Part shown: positions 7,353 to 15,657 of the stretch, one piece after another
Position numbering within the stretch: the first letter of the stretch is position 1
Layout of the letters: the number at the start of each line of letters is the position of its first letter
NCBI RefSeq assembly: GCF_004376175.1
Contig: NZ_SNUY01000075.1
Coordinates: 1-18,414 of the forward strand
Origin: Halalkalibacterium halodurans
GTDB lineage: Bacteria > Bacillota > Bacilli > Bacillales > Bacillaceae_D
DNA length: 18,414 nucleotides
Reading direction: 5' to 3'
The notes under the pieces: generated by a model
What the model was told of the DNA's origin: nothing
Database searches by the model: none
Seen by the model: the letters and a program-made list of their open reading frames with translations, nothing else
Translations under genes and position numbers: made by a program

Positions 7353-7364
7353 GATTTCTCCCTT
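7336..7364 (-). terminator. Hairpin downstream of the 120-aa hypothetical gene, overlapping the tRNA promoter
   Basis: AAGGGAGAA (7336-7344) and TTCTCCCTT (7356-7364) form a perfect 9-bp stem 6 nt after the stop codon at 7370-7372. On the minus strand it is followed by ATCCTTTATATT, a weak U-tract. Confidence 0.5.
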
Positions 7365-7369
7365 AATTA

Positions 7370-7732
7370 TTATCCTTTCTGTGCAGGCGTTCCTTCTTCA
7401 AACATTTGATTGAAACGTTCGTTCACATCTTCTTCATTATAACCGAGTGCTCCAAGACGTCCGCCTAAATTTTTTGCCCAAAGTTGAAGTCGTTGAACAA
7501 TTTTCCGATATTTTTTTGCTTCACTTCCCTTTGATTCTTTCGCCCGTTCATCGGCGTTGGACATGATGTTTTCCACGATAAACAACGCTTTCCAAAGCAT
7601 ATCTTCATCAAAGGATTCATGTGAGTCACCGAGTTCTTTTACCACTTTTTTATAGAAATCATCAAATTCTTTAAACGAAATTTCTTCATCCATGTTTAAA
7701 TATACTTGCAGTTGATCATATAACGCTTGCAT
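7370..7732 (-). CDS. Hypothetical acidic, probably all-helical cytoplasmic protein (120 aa)
   Basis: Start moved to the internal ATG at 7730-7732 (MQALYDQLQ...), which has AAAGGAG 8 nt upstream. The track start 14 codons further up has no SD. No family recognised. Confidence 0.6.
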   Translation of the reverse strand: MQALYDQLQVYLNMDEEISFKEFDDFYKKVVKELGDSHESFDEDMLWKALFIVENIMSNADERAKESKGSEAKKYRKIVQRLQLWAKNLGGRLGALGYNEEDVNERFNQMFEEGTPAQKG

Positions 7733-7878
7733 GGAACACGCTCCTTTACTAAATTCTTCGTTATTATAACACAAATACAGACAAGGTTCATTTTCTCTTT
7801 ATTATGGTCGAAAAGAAGCATTTTGTTGAGAGATTGATAGAAAATCTCCGATGTTTCTATGATTCCGTCGCAACATCT

Positions 7879-7895
7879 TGTATAATTCGATTATA
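7879..7895 (+). promoter_or_regulatory. Extended -10 promoter (TGTATAAT) embedded in a perfect 15-bp palindrome
   Basis: TG at 7879-7880 and TATAAT at 7881-7886. TATAATTCGATTATA (7881-7895) is its own reverse complement. It lies 28 nt upstream of the binding-protein start codon. Confidence 0.45.
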
Positions 7896-7922
7896 GAAAT
7901 AACTGGTTTTGGAGGGATGATT

Positions 7923-9527
7923 ATGAACAAAAGGGGATGCTTATTGTTTTTATTGCTCATACTTATGACGGCTCTCTTAACTGCATGTAGCAACTCTACT
8001 GAACCGTCTAGTAGTAAAGAAGAGGAGACGGGTGAAAACTTGCAGGAAACAGGTGGAAACTTACAGATTGGCGTCATGAACGACCCGGTTTCGCTCGACC
8101 CTCACGGCGCAAATGAGAATGTTTCAAACTCAATCAATTCGAACATGTACGACAGACTCGTCTACTTAGACAAAAACTTAGAAATTGCCCCTGGATTAGC
8201 AGAAAGCCTTGTGCAAATCGGAGAGACAACGTGGGAAGCATCAATACGAAAAGACGTTCAATTCCATGACGGTTCTCAATTAAATGCTGAGGTTGTAAAG
8301 GCAAACTTCGATCGGATTCGTGATCCAGAAATCGGTTCCCCTGTCGCCTTTTTATTTAACATGATTACCGAAGTGAAAGTCATTGACGACTATACTGTTC
8401 ATTTTGAGACCGAATTCCCTTTTGCCCCTCTACCGTCTCATCTCGCCCATCCTGGTGGTAGCATTATTAGTATGGGTTCCATTGAAGCGTCCTACGAAGC
8501 GCTAGAGAAAGGTGAAGATGCCTTTACGCCCACAAATGAGCGCCCTATTGGGACAGGCTATTTTAAGTTTGAAGACCGAACTCCAGGGCAGTCGGTGACC
8601 TTAAGCCGCCATGAGAACTATTGGGGAGATGAACTGGCAAAGGTAGATACGGTTACATTTCAAGTGATTCCTGAAGATTTGACCCGGATTGCAGAACTCG
8701 AAACAGGTGGGATTCATCTTACCTACCCTGTAAACCCTAGCGACGCTGAACGTATCGAAAATGGACCTGATACCTATTTAGAGCAAGCGAATAGTACACG
8801 TATGGTTTATTTAGGATTTAACACGGAAGTAGAACCTTTCGATGATCCGAAGGTACGTCAAGCGATCCATATGGCCATCGATAAGGATGGGATTCTCGAT
8901 GGGGTTGTGAGCGGAATTGGGATTCGCGCAGATGGCCCTATCGCCCCCGACGTGTTTGGATTCAGTGAGCAAATCGACAAAATCACCTTTGATCGAGAAA
9001 TGGCTAAAGATTTATTAGCTGAAGCCGGATATCCTGATGGCTTCCCCACTACGTTATTAACCGATGATGACAGAGAACGCCAAGATTTAGCGGAGATGAT
9101 TCAATACCAACTATCTGAGATAGGCATCGACGTCTCCATCGATATGTTTGAATTTGGAACGTATCTTGAACGGGCTGGAAACGGGGAGTCTGAACTGTTT
9201 CTCGGCAGCTGGGGAACTGTGACAATGGACGGAGATTATGGCTTATATCCCGTCTTCCACTCCTCAAACAAAGGATCTGCCGGCAATCGTTCGTTCATTG
9301 AACACGATGAGCTTGATCAACTACTTGATAATGCGCGTCAAGCAACCGACGAAGAGGAGCGCTTAGAGCTCTATCGAAAAGCGCAAAATGTACTTGCGGA
9401 GCAATCACCTTATGCCTATCTCTACTACCCTGATTCCATTGCCGGAGTACGAAACGAAGTAGAAGGATTTTTCCAATACCCGAGCGGCTTTTACTTTTTA
9501 CGTGATGTTACGCTAAAGGAAGAGTAA
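7923..9527 (+). CDS. ABC transporter substrate-binding lipoprotein, family 5 (peptide/nickel/glutathione type)
   Basis: Start placed at ATG 7923 (MNKRGCLLFLLLILMTALLTAC, signal peptide with lipobox LTAC), with GGAGGG 6 nt upstream. The mature protein has the family-5 layout: LDPH..., YDRLV, FHDG..L.A.DV..., WG....D.V.F..IPE...R...L..G. No permease or ATPase genes are adjacent. Confidence 0.8.
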   Translation: MNKRGCLLFLLLILMTALLTACSNSTEPSSSKEEETGENLQETGGNLQIGVMNDPVSLDPHGANENVSNSINSNMYDRLVYLDKNLEIAPGLAESLVQIGETTWEASIRKDVQFHDGSQLNAEVVKANFDRIRDPEIGSPVAFLFNMITEVKVIDDYTVHFETEFPFAPLPSHLAHPGGSIISMGSIEASYEALEKGEDAFTPTNERPIGTGYFKFEDRTPGQSVTLSRHENYWGDELAKVDTVTFQVIPEDLTRIAELETGGIHLTYPVNPSDAERIENGPDTYLEQANSTRMVYLGFNTEVEPFDDPKVRQAIHMAIDKDGILDGVVSGIGIRADGPIAPDVFGFSEQIDKITFDREMAKDLLAEAGYPDGFPTTLLTDDDRERQDLAEMIQYQLSEIGIDVSIDMFEFGTYLERAGNGESELFLGSWGTVTMDGDYGLYPVFHSSNKGSAGNRSFIEHDELDQLLDNARQATDEEERLELYRKAQNVLAEQSPYAYLYYPDSIAGVRNEVEGFFQYPSGFYFLRDVTLKEE

Positions 9528-9552
9528 AGGCTTGTTCGATCATACAACATTG

Positions 9553-9584
9553 AAGCACATCCCCTAACATAGGAGATGTGCTTT
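9553..9584. terminator. Hairpin between the convergent binding-protein and aldose-epimerase genes
   Basis: AAGCACATCCCCT-aacat-AGGAGATGTGCTT with one mismatch, followed by a short TT on the plus strand. Confidence 0.55.
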
Positions 9585-9591
9585 CCCTAAA

Positions 9592-10638
9592 TCACACCGT
9601 TCGGAATCGGTAAGTTGTCGTCGACAGGTACTCCTCTCCTTCTTCCAGCACAATTGACGGCAAGTCGGGATGATGGATGGCATCAGGAAACCCTTGTGTT
9701 TCCAAGCAAAGAGCTAAATATTTTCGCGATCTGACCCCACGAATCGGAACCCCTTCTTGAAGCGCATTCCCAGTATAAAGGACCACACACGGCTCGGTCG
9801 TTTCCATTTCCAAGCAACGCCCACTTTCTTCGTCTACCAAACGGATTTCTTGCTGCAGGTTTGTATCAAGCTTAAATGGATGGTCGTATCCATTACCGAC
9901 AATGACATTTTGCTCATATGTCGCTTTCGTCCCATCGATAATTTTTCGACCGTTACGAAAATCAAATGGGGTGTCTACTACGTCTAGCACCGTTCCCGTC
10001 GGTAGCAACTGATCATTAAGCTGCAAAAATTGGGAACTTTTCAGCGTCAATTCATGCTCTAAAATGTCTCGTTTGAGATTCCCACTTAAATTAAAGTACG
10101 AATGATTGGTGACGTTTACTAACGTTTTTTGATCCGCTTTTCCGCTGTACATCACTTTTAACTCATTGTCGTTATTGAGCATATAACGCACGCTCATGGA
10201 AAGAGTGCCCGGGTATCCTTCTTCTCCATCACGGCTAATATAGGAAAATTCGACGCCAACTTCGTCCTGTGAGTCGATCGTCTCCCCTTTCCAAACAACT
10301 TTATCAAATCCTTTTTCTCCGCCATGAAGGTGGTTTTCTCCTTCATTATTAGCGAGTGTATAGGATTGGTTGTCTAACATAAATTCACCGTTGGCAATTC
10401 GACCTGCGACTCGGCCAATGACCGCTCCGAAATATTGAGAGTGCTTTTCATAATCATCCATACGGTCAAATCCAAGGACGATGTTCTCTAGATTCCCATG
10501 ACGATCAGGGGTTTTAAGCTCTGTAATGATACAACCATATTCGATGCATGTAACTTCCATCCCGTGGTCGTTTGTCATCGTAAATGCGCGAACGCTTTCA
10601 CCATTTGTTTCGGCAAAAATTCGTGTTGTTATTTGCAT
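9592..10638 (-). CDS. galM: Aldose 1-epimerase (mutarotase)
   Basis: A 348-aa ORF with GalM-family signatures: YFGA.IGR.AGRI, HLHGG..GFDK.VW, NHSYFNL and a C-terminal E..GFPDA. GAGGTGGAG SD upstream of the ATG at 10636-10638. Confidence 0.85.
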   Translation of the reverse strand: MQITTRIFAETNGESVRAFTMTNDHGMEVTCIEYGCIITELKTPDRHGNLENIVLGFDRMDDYEKHSQYFGAVIGRVAGRIANGEFMLDNQSYTLANNEGENHLHGGEKGFDKVVWKGETIDSQDEVGVEFSYISRDGEEGYPGTLSMSVRYMLNNDNELKVMYSGKADQKTLVNVTNHSYFNLSGNLKRDILEHELTLKSSQFLQLNDQLLPTGTVLDVVDTPFDFRNGRKIIDGTKATYEQNVIVGNGYDHPFKLDTNLQQEIRLVDEESGRCLEMETTEPCVVLYTGNALQEGVPIRGVRSRKYLALCLETQGFPDAIHHPDLPSIVLEEGEEYLSTTTYRFRTV

Positions 10639-10788
10639 GTCTCCACCTCATAAATTAAAAATATCCCTCTTACATTTCCACACTGGAACACTGAAACCCT
10701 TTTCATTTGCTGAAAACGCCATTATTTTTGTCGTAAATGGTCGAAGCAGGCACCGTCACAGGCACCTGCTTTTTCTCAATCTTGCTTT

Positions 10789-12285
10789 CTATTCTCTAAA
10801 TTTACTTAAACCGTGATTTAATTCATATGTTTGCTCATATACGTGGCGATAAAGGGTGAATAGCTCTTCATATGCTTTCCCTTTTTCAGCGTTTGGCTCA
10901 TATGATTCTTGTTCTTTGACCCAAGCTTCAGCACAATCAGCTAAGGAATCGTACCATCCAAGTCCATAGGCTGCTAACATAGCCGCACCGAGCCCTGGCC
11001 CCTGTTCACTGGATTGTTTAATTACTTTCGCTTGAAAGATGTCTGCTTGCAGTTGAAGCCAAGCAGGGCTTTTAGCCCCTCCACCGATTGAGACAACGGT
11101 AGAAATATCTTTTCCATTTTTTCGGAAAATCTCGATAGATTCGTTTAGCGAAAACGTAATCCCTTCAATGACGGCTCGTGTAAAATCATGCCGCTTGTGA
11201 CCCGCGTGTACACCGATAAAGCTACCGCGAATCGTTGCGTCAGCATGGGGCGTCCGTTCCCCTACAATATAAGGGGTAAACAAAAGTCCGTTTGCTCCGG
11301 GTGGACTTTTTTCGATTTCCTTTACTATGTTTTCAAATGGCTCTTCTGGGGCAAATGTCTCTTTAAACCAACTCAAGCTATAACCAGCTGCTAGCGTCAC
11401 ACCCATCGTGTAATAGGCCGTTGCCTCTCCATGGTTAAAATAATGCACTTTGCCTGCGAAGTCTTGATCAGCTGCTTGCTCATAGGAAAGGACCACACCC
11501 GATGTACCGATGCTACAAAGAGTGGCGCCATCTTTTAAAATTCCTGCACCAATTGCTCCACAAGCATTATCTGCTCCGCCTGCAAACACGCGCACATCTT
11601 TTTTCAGTCCCGTCTTCGCAGCAATCTCTGGTAACAGTTCACCGACTTCCCCGCTTGAAGGGACGACTGGAGGACACAGGCTGATGGGCAATTCAAAGCA
11701 AGAACAAATGTCCTTACTCCATTCTTTCTTAGCAACATCGAACAGTAAAGTTCCGGCAGCGTCTGAATACTCACTATGAATCTTTCCTGTTAAACGAAAC
11801 CGGACATAATCTTTTGGAAGCATAAAAACGTTGGCGCGAGCAAAAACATCTGGCTCGTACTTTTTTACCCATAATAGCTTCGGCAGTGTAAACCCTTCTA
11901 GGGCAGGATTTTTCGCAATCGCTAGTAGGGTTTCTTTTCCTAGAGTTTGCTCAATTTCCCGACATTCGTTCGTTGTACGTGTATCATTCCATAAAATAGC
12001 TGGACGCAGAACGCGTTGCTCCTGATCTAGTAGAACGAGGCCGTGCATTTGTCCAGAGAAGCTAATACCATCGATCGCCTCTGGATCACTTGCTTCGCTT
12101 GTCACTTCAGATATCGCTTCAATCGTTTGATTTAGCCAATCTTCTGGGTCTTGCTCACTGTAACCGGGCTTGTCTTGATACAACGGATACGATTTTGTGA
12201 CTTGCTTGCACACTTCCCCTCGTTCATTGACAAGTAACACTTTAACCGCGCTCGTTCCTAGATCAACGCCTAGTACATATCTCAA
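10789..12285 (-). CDS. xylB: Xylulokinase
   Basis: A 498-aa FGGY-family kinase (MRYVLGVDLGTSAVK..., GGGAKS). It lies immediately downstream of xylA with a 37-nt gap. TTG start at 12283-12285, 7 nt after GGAGGT. Confidence 0.9.
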   Translation of the reverse strand: MRYVLGVDLGTSAVKVLLVNERGEVCKQVTKSYPLYQDKPGYSEQDPEDWLNQTIEAISEVTSEASDPEAIDGISFSGQMHGLVLLDQEQRVLRPAILWNDTRTTNECREIEQTLGKETLLAIAKNPALEGFTLPKLLWVKKYEPDVFARANVFMLPKDYVRFRLTGKIHSEYSDAAGTLLFDVAKKEWSKDICSCFELPISLCPPVVPSSGEVGELLPEIAAKTGLKKDVRVFAGGADNACGAIGAGILKDGATLCSIGTSGVVLSYEQAADQDFAGKVHYFNHGEATAYYTMGVTLAAGYSLSWFKETFAPEEPFENIVKEIEKSPPGANGLLFTPYIVGERTPHADATIRGSFIGVHAGHKRHDFTRAVIEGITFSLNESIEIFRKNGKDISTVVSIGGGAKSPAWLQLQADIFQAKVIKQSSEQGPGLGAAMLAAYGLGWYDSLADCAEAWVKEQESYEPNAEKGKAYEELFTLYRHVYEQTYELNHGLSKFRE

Positions 12286-12322
12286 ACTAGCTACCTCCCT
12301 TCTTTTCCAGCACTTTCGCTGA

Positions 12323-13645
12323 TTAATATTCGTTTACCCTTAGCAAATATTGATTTAACGTTGCTTTGATTCGTTCTTGTTGTCCAGAAGAATGTTTGAT
12401 TTCCCCAAGAGATAGAGCGTATGCCTCTAGCTCTTTCAAGTTCGTATCATTGTTTGCAATCTTTTGGCCGATGCCAGATTGATAGGATTTGTATCGATTG
12501 TCAATCACATCTTCAAGGACGCGATCTTCAAGCAATTGATTAGCCACTTTTAATCCAATCGCAAAGCTGTCCATCCCAGCAATATGGGCATGGAAAAGGT
12601 CGTTTGCTTCAAAGGAGCCCCTTCTTACTTTTGCATCGAAATTCAAACCGCCCTTCCCTAAGCCATCATTTTTTAAAATTTCGTACATGGCAAGTGTCGT
12701 TGTGTAAAGGTCTGTCGGGAATTCATCGGTATCCCAGCCAAGCAATGTATCCCCTTGGTTTGCATCCACCGATCCCAACATGTCATGAATACGGGCAAGA
12801 TGTAACTCATGTTCAAACGTATGACCTGCAAGCGTCGCATGGTTCGCTTCAATGTTGAATTTGAAATGTTCATCGAGTCCATGCGTTTTTAGGAATGCGA
12901 TCCCGGTTGCCACATCGAAGTCGTATTGATGTTTTGTTGGCTCTTTCGGTTTTGGTTCGATTAAAAATTGGGCGTCGAATCCAATCTCCTTCGCATAATC
13001 AACAGCCATATGGAAAAAGCGGGCAAGGTTATCTAACTCTAGCTTCATGTTCGTGTTTAGTAGCGTTTCATATCCTTCGCGTCCGCCCCAAAATACGTAG
13101 TTTTCTGCGCCAAGCTCTTTCCCAATCTCCAACCCTTTTTTCACTTTCGCTGCTGCATACGCGTACACATCAGCATTTGGTGACGTCGCAGCACCATGGA
13201 TCCAACGCGGATGGGTAAACATGTTTGCCGTATTCCATAGCAATTTCGTCTTACTCGTTTTCATATAATCCTTGATCATTAACACGATTTCGTCTAGGTT
13301 TTTATAAGTGTCTGCCAACGTCTCCCCTTCAGGTGCCACATCTACATCATGAAAGCAGAAGTACGGAACGTTTAACTTCTCAAAAAATTCAAAAGCTGCT
13401 TCCACTCGAGCTTTCGCTAAATCCATACCCGAATATTGATCCCATGGACGCTGCATCGTTCCAACACCAAATGGGTCTGAGCCATCACCGACAAACGTAT
13501 GCCAATAAGCGATGGAAAAGCGAAGGTGTTCAGCCATTGTTTTGCCTGCGACAATCTCCTCAGGGTTGTAATATTTGAATGCATATGGATTGGTCGATCT
13601 CGGTCCTTCATATTGTACCTTTTCTACATCATTAAAAAATGTCAT
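12323..13645 (-). CDS. xylA: Xylose isomerase
   Basis: A 440-aa ORF with hallmark class II XylA segments: [47 protein letters not shown] at 13654-13658. Confidence 0.95.
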   Translation of the reverse strand: MTFFNDVEKVQYEGPRSTNPYAFKYYNPEEIVAGKTMAEHLRFSIAYWHTFVGDGSDPFGVGTMQRPWDQYSGMDLAKARVEAAFEFFEKLNVPYFCFHDVDVAPEGETLADTYKNLDEIVLMIKDYMKTSKTKLLWNTANMFTHPRWIHGAATSPNADVYAYAAAKVKKGLEIGKELGAENYVFWGGREGYETLLNTNMKLELDNLARFFHMAVDYAKEIGFDAQFLIEPKPKEPTKHQYDFDVATGIAFLKTHGLDEHFKFNIEANHATLAGHTFEHELHLARIHDMLGSVDANQGDTLLGWDTDEFPTDLYTTTLAMYEILKNDGLGKGGLNFDAKVRRGSFEANDLFHAHIAGMDSFAIGLKVANQLLEDRVLEDVIDNRYKSYQSGIGQKIANNDTNLKELEAYALSLGEIKHSSGQQERIKATLNQYLLRVNEY

Positions 13646-13663
13646 TAAGAATCCCTCCTAGAA

Positions 13664-13677
13664 AGTAAGCGTTATCA
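13664..13677. promoter_or_regulatory. Candidate catabolite-responsive element (cre, CcpA site) in the xylA leader
   Basis: The plus strand reads AGTAAGCGTTATCA, matching 13 of 14 positions of the consensus TGWAANCGNTNWCA with the central CG intact. It lies between the predicted -10 and the SD of xylA. Confidence 0.5.
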
Positions 13678-13708
13678 ACCTTGTAAATAAAACTGTTGCG
13701 CTAATGAG

Positions 13709-13737
13709 AGTATATCACTTATACTTAGTTTATTCAA
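13709..13737 (-). promoter_or_regulatory. Best SigA-type promoter candidate for xylAB
   Basis: Minus strand: TTGAAT (13732-13737), 17-nt spacer, TATACT (13709-13714). A weaker alternative lies further upstream: TTGTCA, 17 nt, TAATGG. Confidence 0.5.
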
Positions 13738-13751
13738 TAGACAAACTAAGT
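13723..13751. promoter_or_regulatory. xyl operator (XylR binding site)
   Basis: ACTTAGTTT-attcaatagac-AAACTAAGT has perfect 9-bp inverted arms. The TTAGTTT...AAACTAA half-sites match the Bacillus xylO motif as recalled (TTAGTTTGTTTGGGCAACAAACTAA). It lies in the xylR-xylA divergent intergenic region. Confidence 0.7.
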
Positions 13752-13819
13752 TTTTATTTTATCCATTAGTCTAAGAAACATCCTGTGACAACGTCTTTAT
13801 GCATTGAGCGGCAAACCCA

Positions 13820-13827
13820 TGTATAAT
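13820..13827 (+). promoter_or_regulatory. Extended -10 element (TGTATAAT), candidate xylR promoter
   Basis: TG-T-TATAAT at 13820-13827, 46 nt upstream of the xylR ATG. No good -35 at 17 nt. Confidence 0.4.
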
Positions 13828-13873
13828 AGTACGCAAAGTGTAATGTCTAATATTAATCAAAGTGGTGTGATGT

Positions 13874-15034
13874 ATGTCGGTAACTGGTGATCAACGTTTC
13901 ATTAAACAAATGAATAAGCAAATTGTTTTACAGACGATTCGTAAAGAGGCGCCTCTCTCAAGAGCACAAGTTTCCTTGACGACTGGATTGAACAAAGGGA
14001 CTGTTTCTAGCCTCGTAGCCGAATTAATCGCCGATAACCTTGTGTATGAAGTCGGGCCTGGTGAATCAAGTGGTGGACGCCGCCCTGTCATGCTTATGTT
14101 TCAAAACAAAGCGGCGTATGCGATTGGCATTAACATTGCGGTTAATTACCTTTCGGGTGTGTTGACCGATTTAGTTGGCAATGTGATCGAAAAAGTGGAA
14201 TGGTCTCTCCATGTAAAGGAATTTGACCATGTGAATCAGCAAATGGTTCAACTGATCGAGCAGTTAATGAAGGCGGCGCCTCCTTCTACATATGGGATTA
14301 TTGGAATCGGAGTCGCTGTTCCAGGAATTGTGAATGAGGAGGGCGATGTTCTCTTTGCCCCGAATTTAAATTGGCGAGAGATCCCTCTAAAAAAACAATT
14401 AGAAGAGCATTTCCAGCTTCCCATTGCTGTTGAAAACGAAGCAAATGCCGGTGCTTTAGGGGAGAAAGTGTTTGGTAAAGGCAAGGAGTCAGAGAACATG
14501 ATCTTTTTCAGTATTGGCATCGGGATCGGAAGTGGGATTATTTTCGGGAACTCCCTGTACCGCGGTAAGGGTGGATATTCGGGTGAAGTTGGCCATATGA
14601 GTATCGAAACAAATGGGCCGCTATGTACGTGTGGGAACAAAGGGTGCTGGGAGCTCTTTGCCTCAGAAAAAGCTGTTCTCCAGCAAGGTGAAGCCCTTTA
14701 TGAGGAAGTGCTAACATTGGATGATCTGTTCGAAAAAGCACGCAAGGGTGAACAGACAGCGATTGACCTCTTTCAGAAGATTGGAGTGTATCTTGGAACA
14801 GGGATCGCCAACATGATCAATGCGTTAAATCCGGAACTGGTCGTTGTAGGGAACCGCATGGTCAAGGGACGTCCATGGCTTGAACACTCTCTTAAACAAA
14901 CCGTTGCCGATCGGGCGTTATCATTTCACGCGGAGCAAGTATCAGTTGAATTTTCCGATTTAAATGAAAACGGTATTTCCCTAGGTGTATCTTATCTGTT
15001 GATTGATTCGTTTTTAGAGAAAAAACATGAATAG
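13874..15034 (+). CDS. xylR: ROK-family xylose repressor
   Basis: A 386-aa ORF with an N-terminal winged-helix region (LSRAQVSLTTGLNKGTVSSLV), a ROK sugar-kinase-like body and the zinc motif CTCGNKGCWE. It is divergent from xylAB and has the xyl operator in the shared intergenic region. Confidence 0.9.
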   Translation: MSVTGDQRFIKQMNKQIVLQTIRKEAPLSRAQVSLTTGLNKGTVSSLVAELIADNLVYEVGPGESSGGRRPVMLMFQNKAAYAIGINIAVNYLSGVLTDLVGNVIEKVEWSLHVKEFDHVNQQMVQLIEQLMKAAPPSTYGIIGIGVAVPGIVNEEGDVLFAPNLNWREIPLKKQLEEHFQLPIAVENEANAGALGEKVFGKGKESENMIFFSIGIGIGSGIIFGNSLYRGKGGYSGEVGHMSIETNGPLCTCGNKGCWELFASEKAVLQQGEALYEEVLTLDDLFEKARKGEQTAIDLFQKIGVYLGTGIANMINALNPELVVVGNRMVKGRPWLEHSLKQTVADRALSFHAEQVSVEFSDLNENGISLGVSYLLIDSFLEKKHE

Positions 15035-15043
15035 TCGTAATGA

Positions 15044-15085
15044 AATGAGGCCCTCTTCCATTATGTATGTGAAGAGAGCCTCATT
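15044..15085. terminator. Hairpin between convergent xylR and the bacilliredoxin gene
   Basis: AATGAGGCCCTCTTC (15044-15058) pairs with GAAGAGAGCCTCATT (15071-15085), a 15-bp stem with one mismatch. Confidence 0.6.
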
Positions 15086-15088
15086 CCA

Positions 15089-15514
15089 TTATGAACAATA
15101 TTGATCAAATGCTTTTTCTAGTTTTTGCACGACTTGAATCGGTTCATGCCCTTCAATTTCATGACGCTCGACCATCATTTGAATCTCTCCATCCTTCAAC
15201 AAGGCAAAAGACGGAGAAGATGGAGCATAGCCTTTAAAGTATTCACGCGCTCGTGCCGTTGCTTCTTTATCTTGCCCAGCAAACACGGTCACAAAGCGAT
15301 CGGGTTTTTTGTCGTAATTTTTCATGTAGGCAGCGGCAGGTCTAGCAATTCCTCCAGCACAGCCACAGACAGAATTGACCATGACAAGCACAGTCCCTTT
15401 TTCCTTGAGTACCTCATCGACTTCCTCAGGAGTCGTCAGTTGATCATAGCCGGCTTCTACCATCTCTTTCCTTGCCATTTGTACGACATCATTCATGAAA
15501 AAATTAAACTCCAT
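15089..15514 (-). CDS. Bacilliredoxin (BrxA/BrxB, YphP/YqiW family, DUF1094)
   Basis: Colinear with B. subtilis YphP/YqiW as recalled: [16 protein letters not shown] with the redox CGC motif, [30 protein letters not shown] and RHEIEGH. Start placed at ATG 15512-15514 (MEFNFFMND...) downstream of GGAGGTG. The track's upstream GTG is too close to the SD. Confidence 0.85.
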   Translation of the reverse strand: MEFNFFMNDVVQMARKEMVEAGYDQLTTPEEVDEVLKEKGTVLVMVNSVCGCAGGIARPAAAYMKNYDKKPDRFVTVFAGQDKEATARAREYFKGYAPSSPSFALLKDGEIQMMVERHEIEGHEPIQVVQKLEKAFDQYCS

Positions 15515-15620
15515 GATACAATACACCTCCCCTTCGTTCTTTACATTACCATTCTACCTTAGAACCTCATGCAAAACCAACAATCTGAGCACGTGTCCAG
15601 GTAAAAGCTTTTCCTAGACG

Positions 15621-15653
15621 AAAACATGCAAGCCTAGGATCTCTCCTAGGCTT
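15621..15653 (-). terminator. Terminator downstream of the zinc-binding lipoprotein gene
   Basis: Minus strand: AAGCCTAGG-agagat-CCTAGGCTT, a perfect 9-bp stem (15630-15653), followed by GCATGTTTTCG. Confidence 0.55.
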
Positions 15654-15657
15654 AAGG

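Noticed and set aside
7733-7774. The 14-codon N-terminal extension (MCYNNEEFSKGACS) of the track ORF 7370..7774
   Set aside because: No SD precedes it, whereas AAAGGAG sits 8 nt upstream of the internal ATG at 7730-7732.
7878-7922. The upstream start of the binding-protein ORF (MYNSIIEITGFGGMI...)
   Set aside because: It would bury the signal peptide and overlap the predicted promoter. The ATG at 7923 has a GGAGGG SD and yields a canonical lipoprotein signal.
8025-8066. Imperfect 21-bp tandem duplication (ETGENLQ / ETGGNLQ) in the binding protein
   Set aside because: It is real, but it lies in the flexible linker just after the lipobox, where such duplications are common and of little consequence.
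7802-8077. 91-aa minus-strand ORF
   Set aside because: It overlaps the promoter, SD and signal-peptide region of the binding-protein gene on the opposite strand, and it has no SD and odd composition.
12950-13100. A search for the intragenic cre described for Bacillus xylA
   Set aside because: The closest sequence I found in the early xylA coding region (TGGAAGCAGCTTTT, encoding VEAAF, at about 13395-13408 and outside this span) lacks the central CG. The span given here is only nominal, and no intragenic cre is called.
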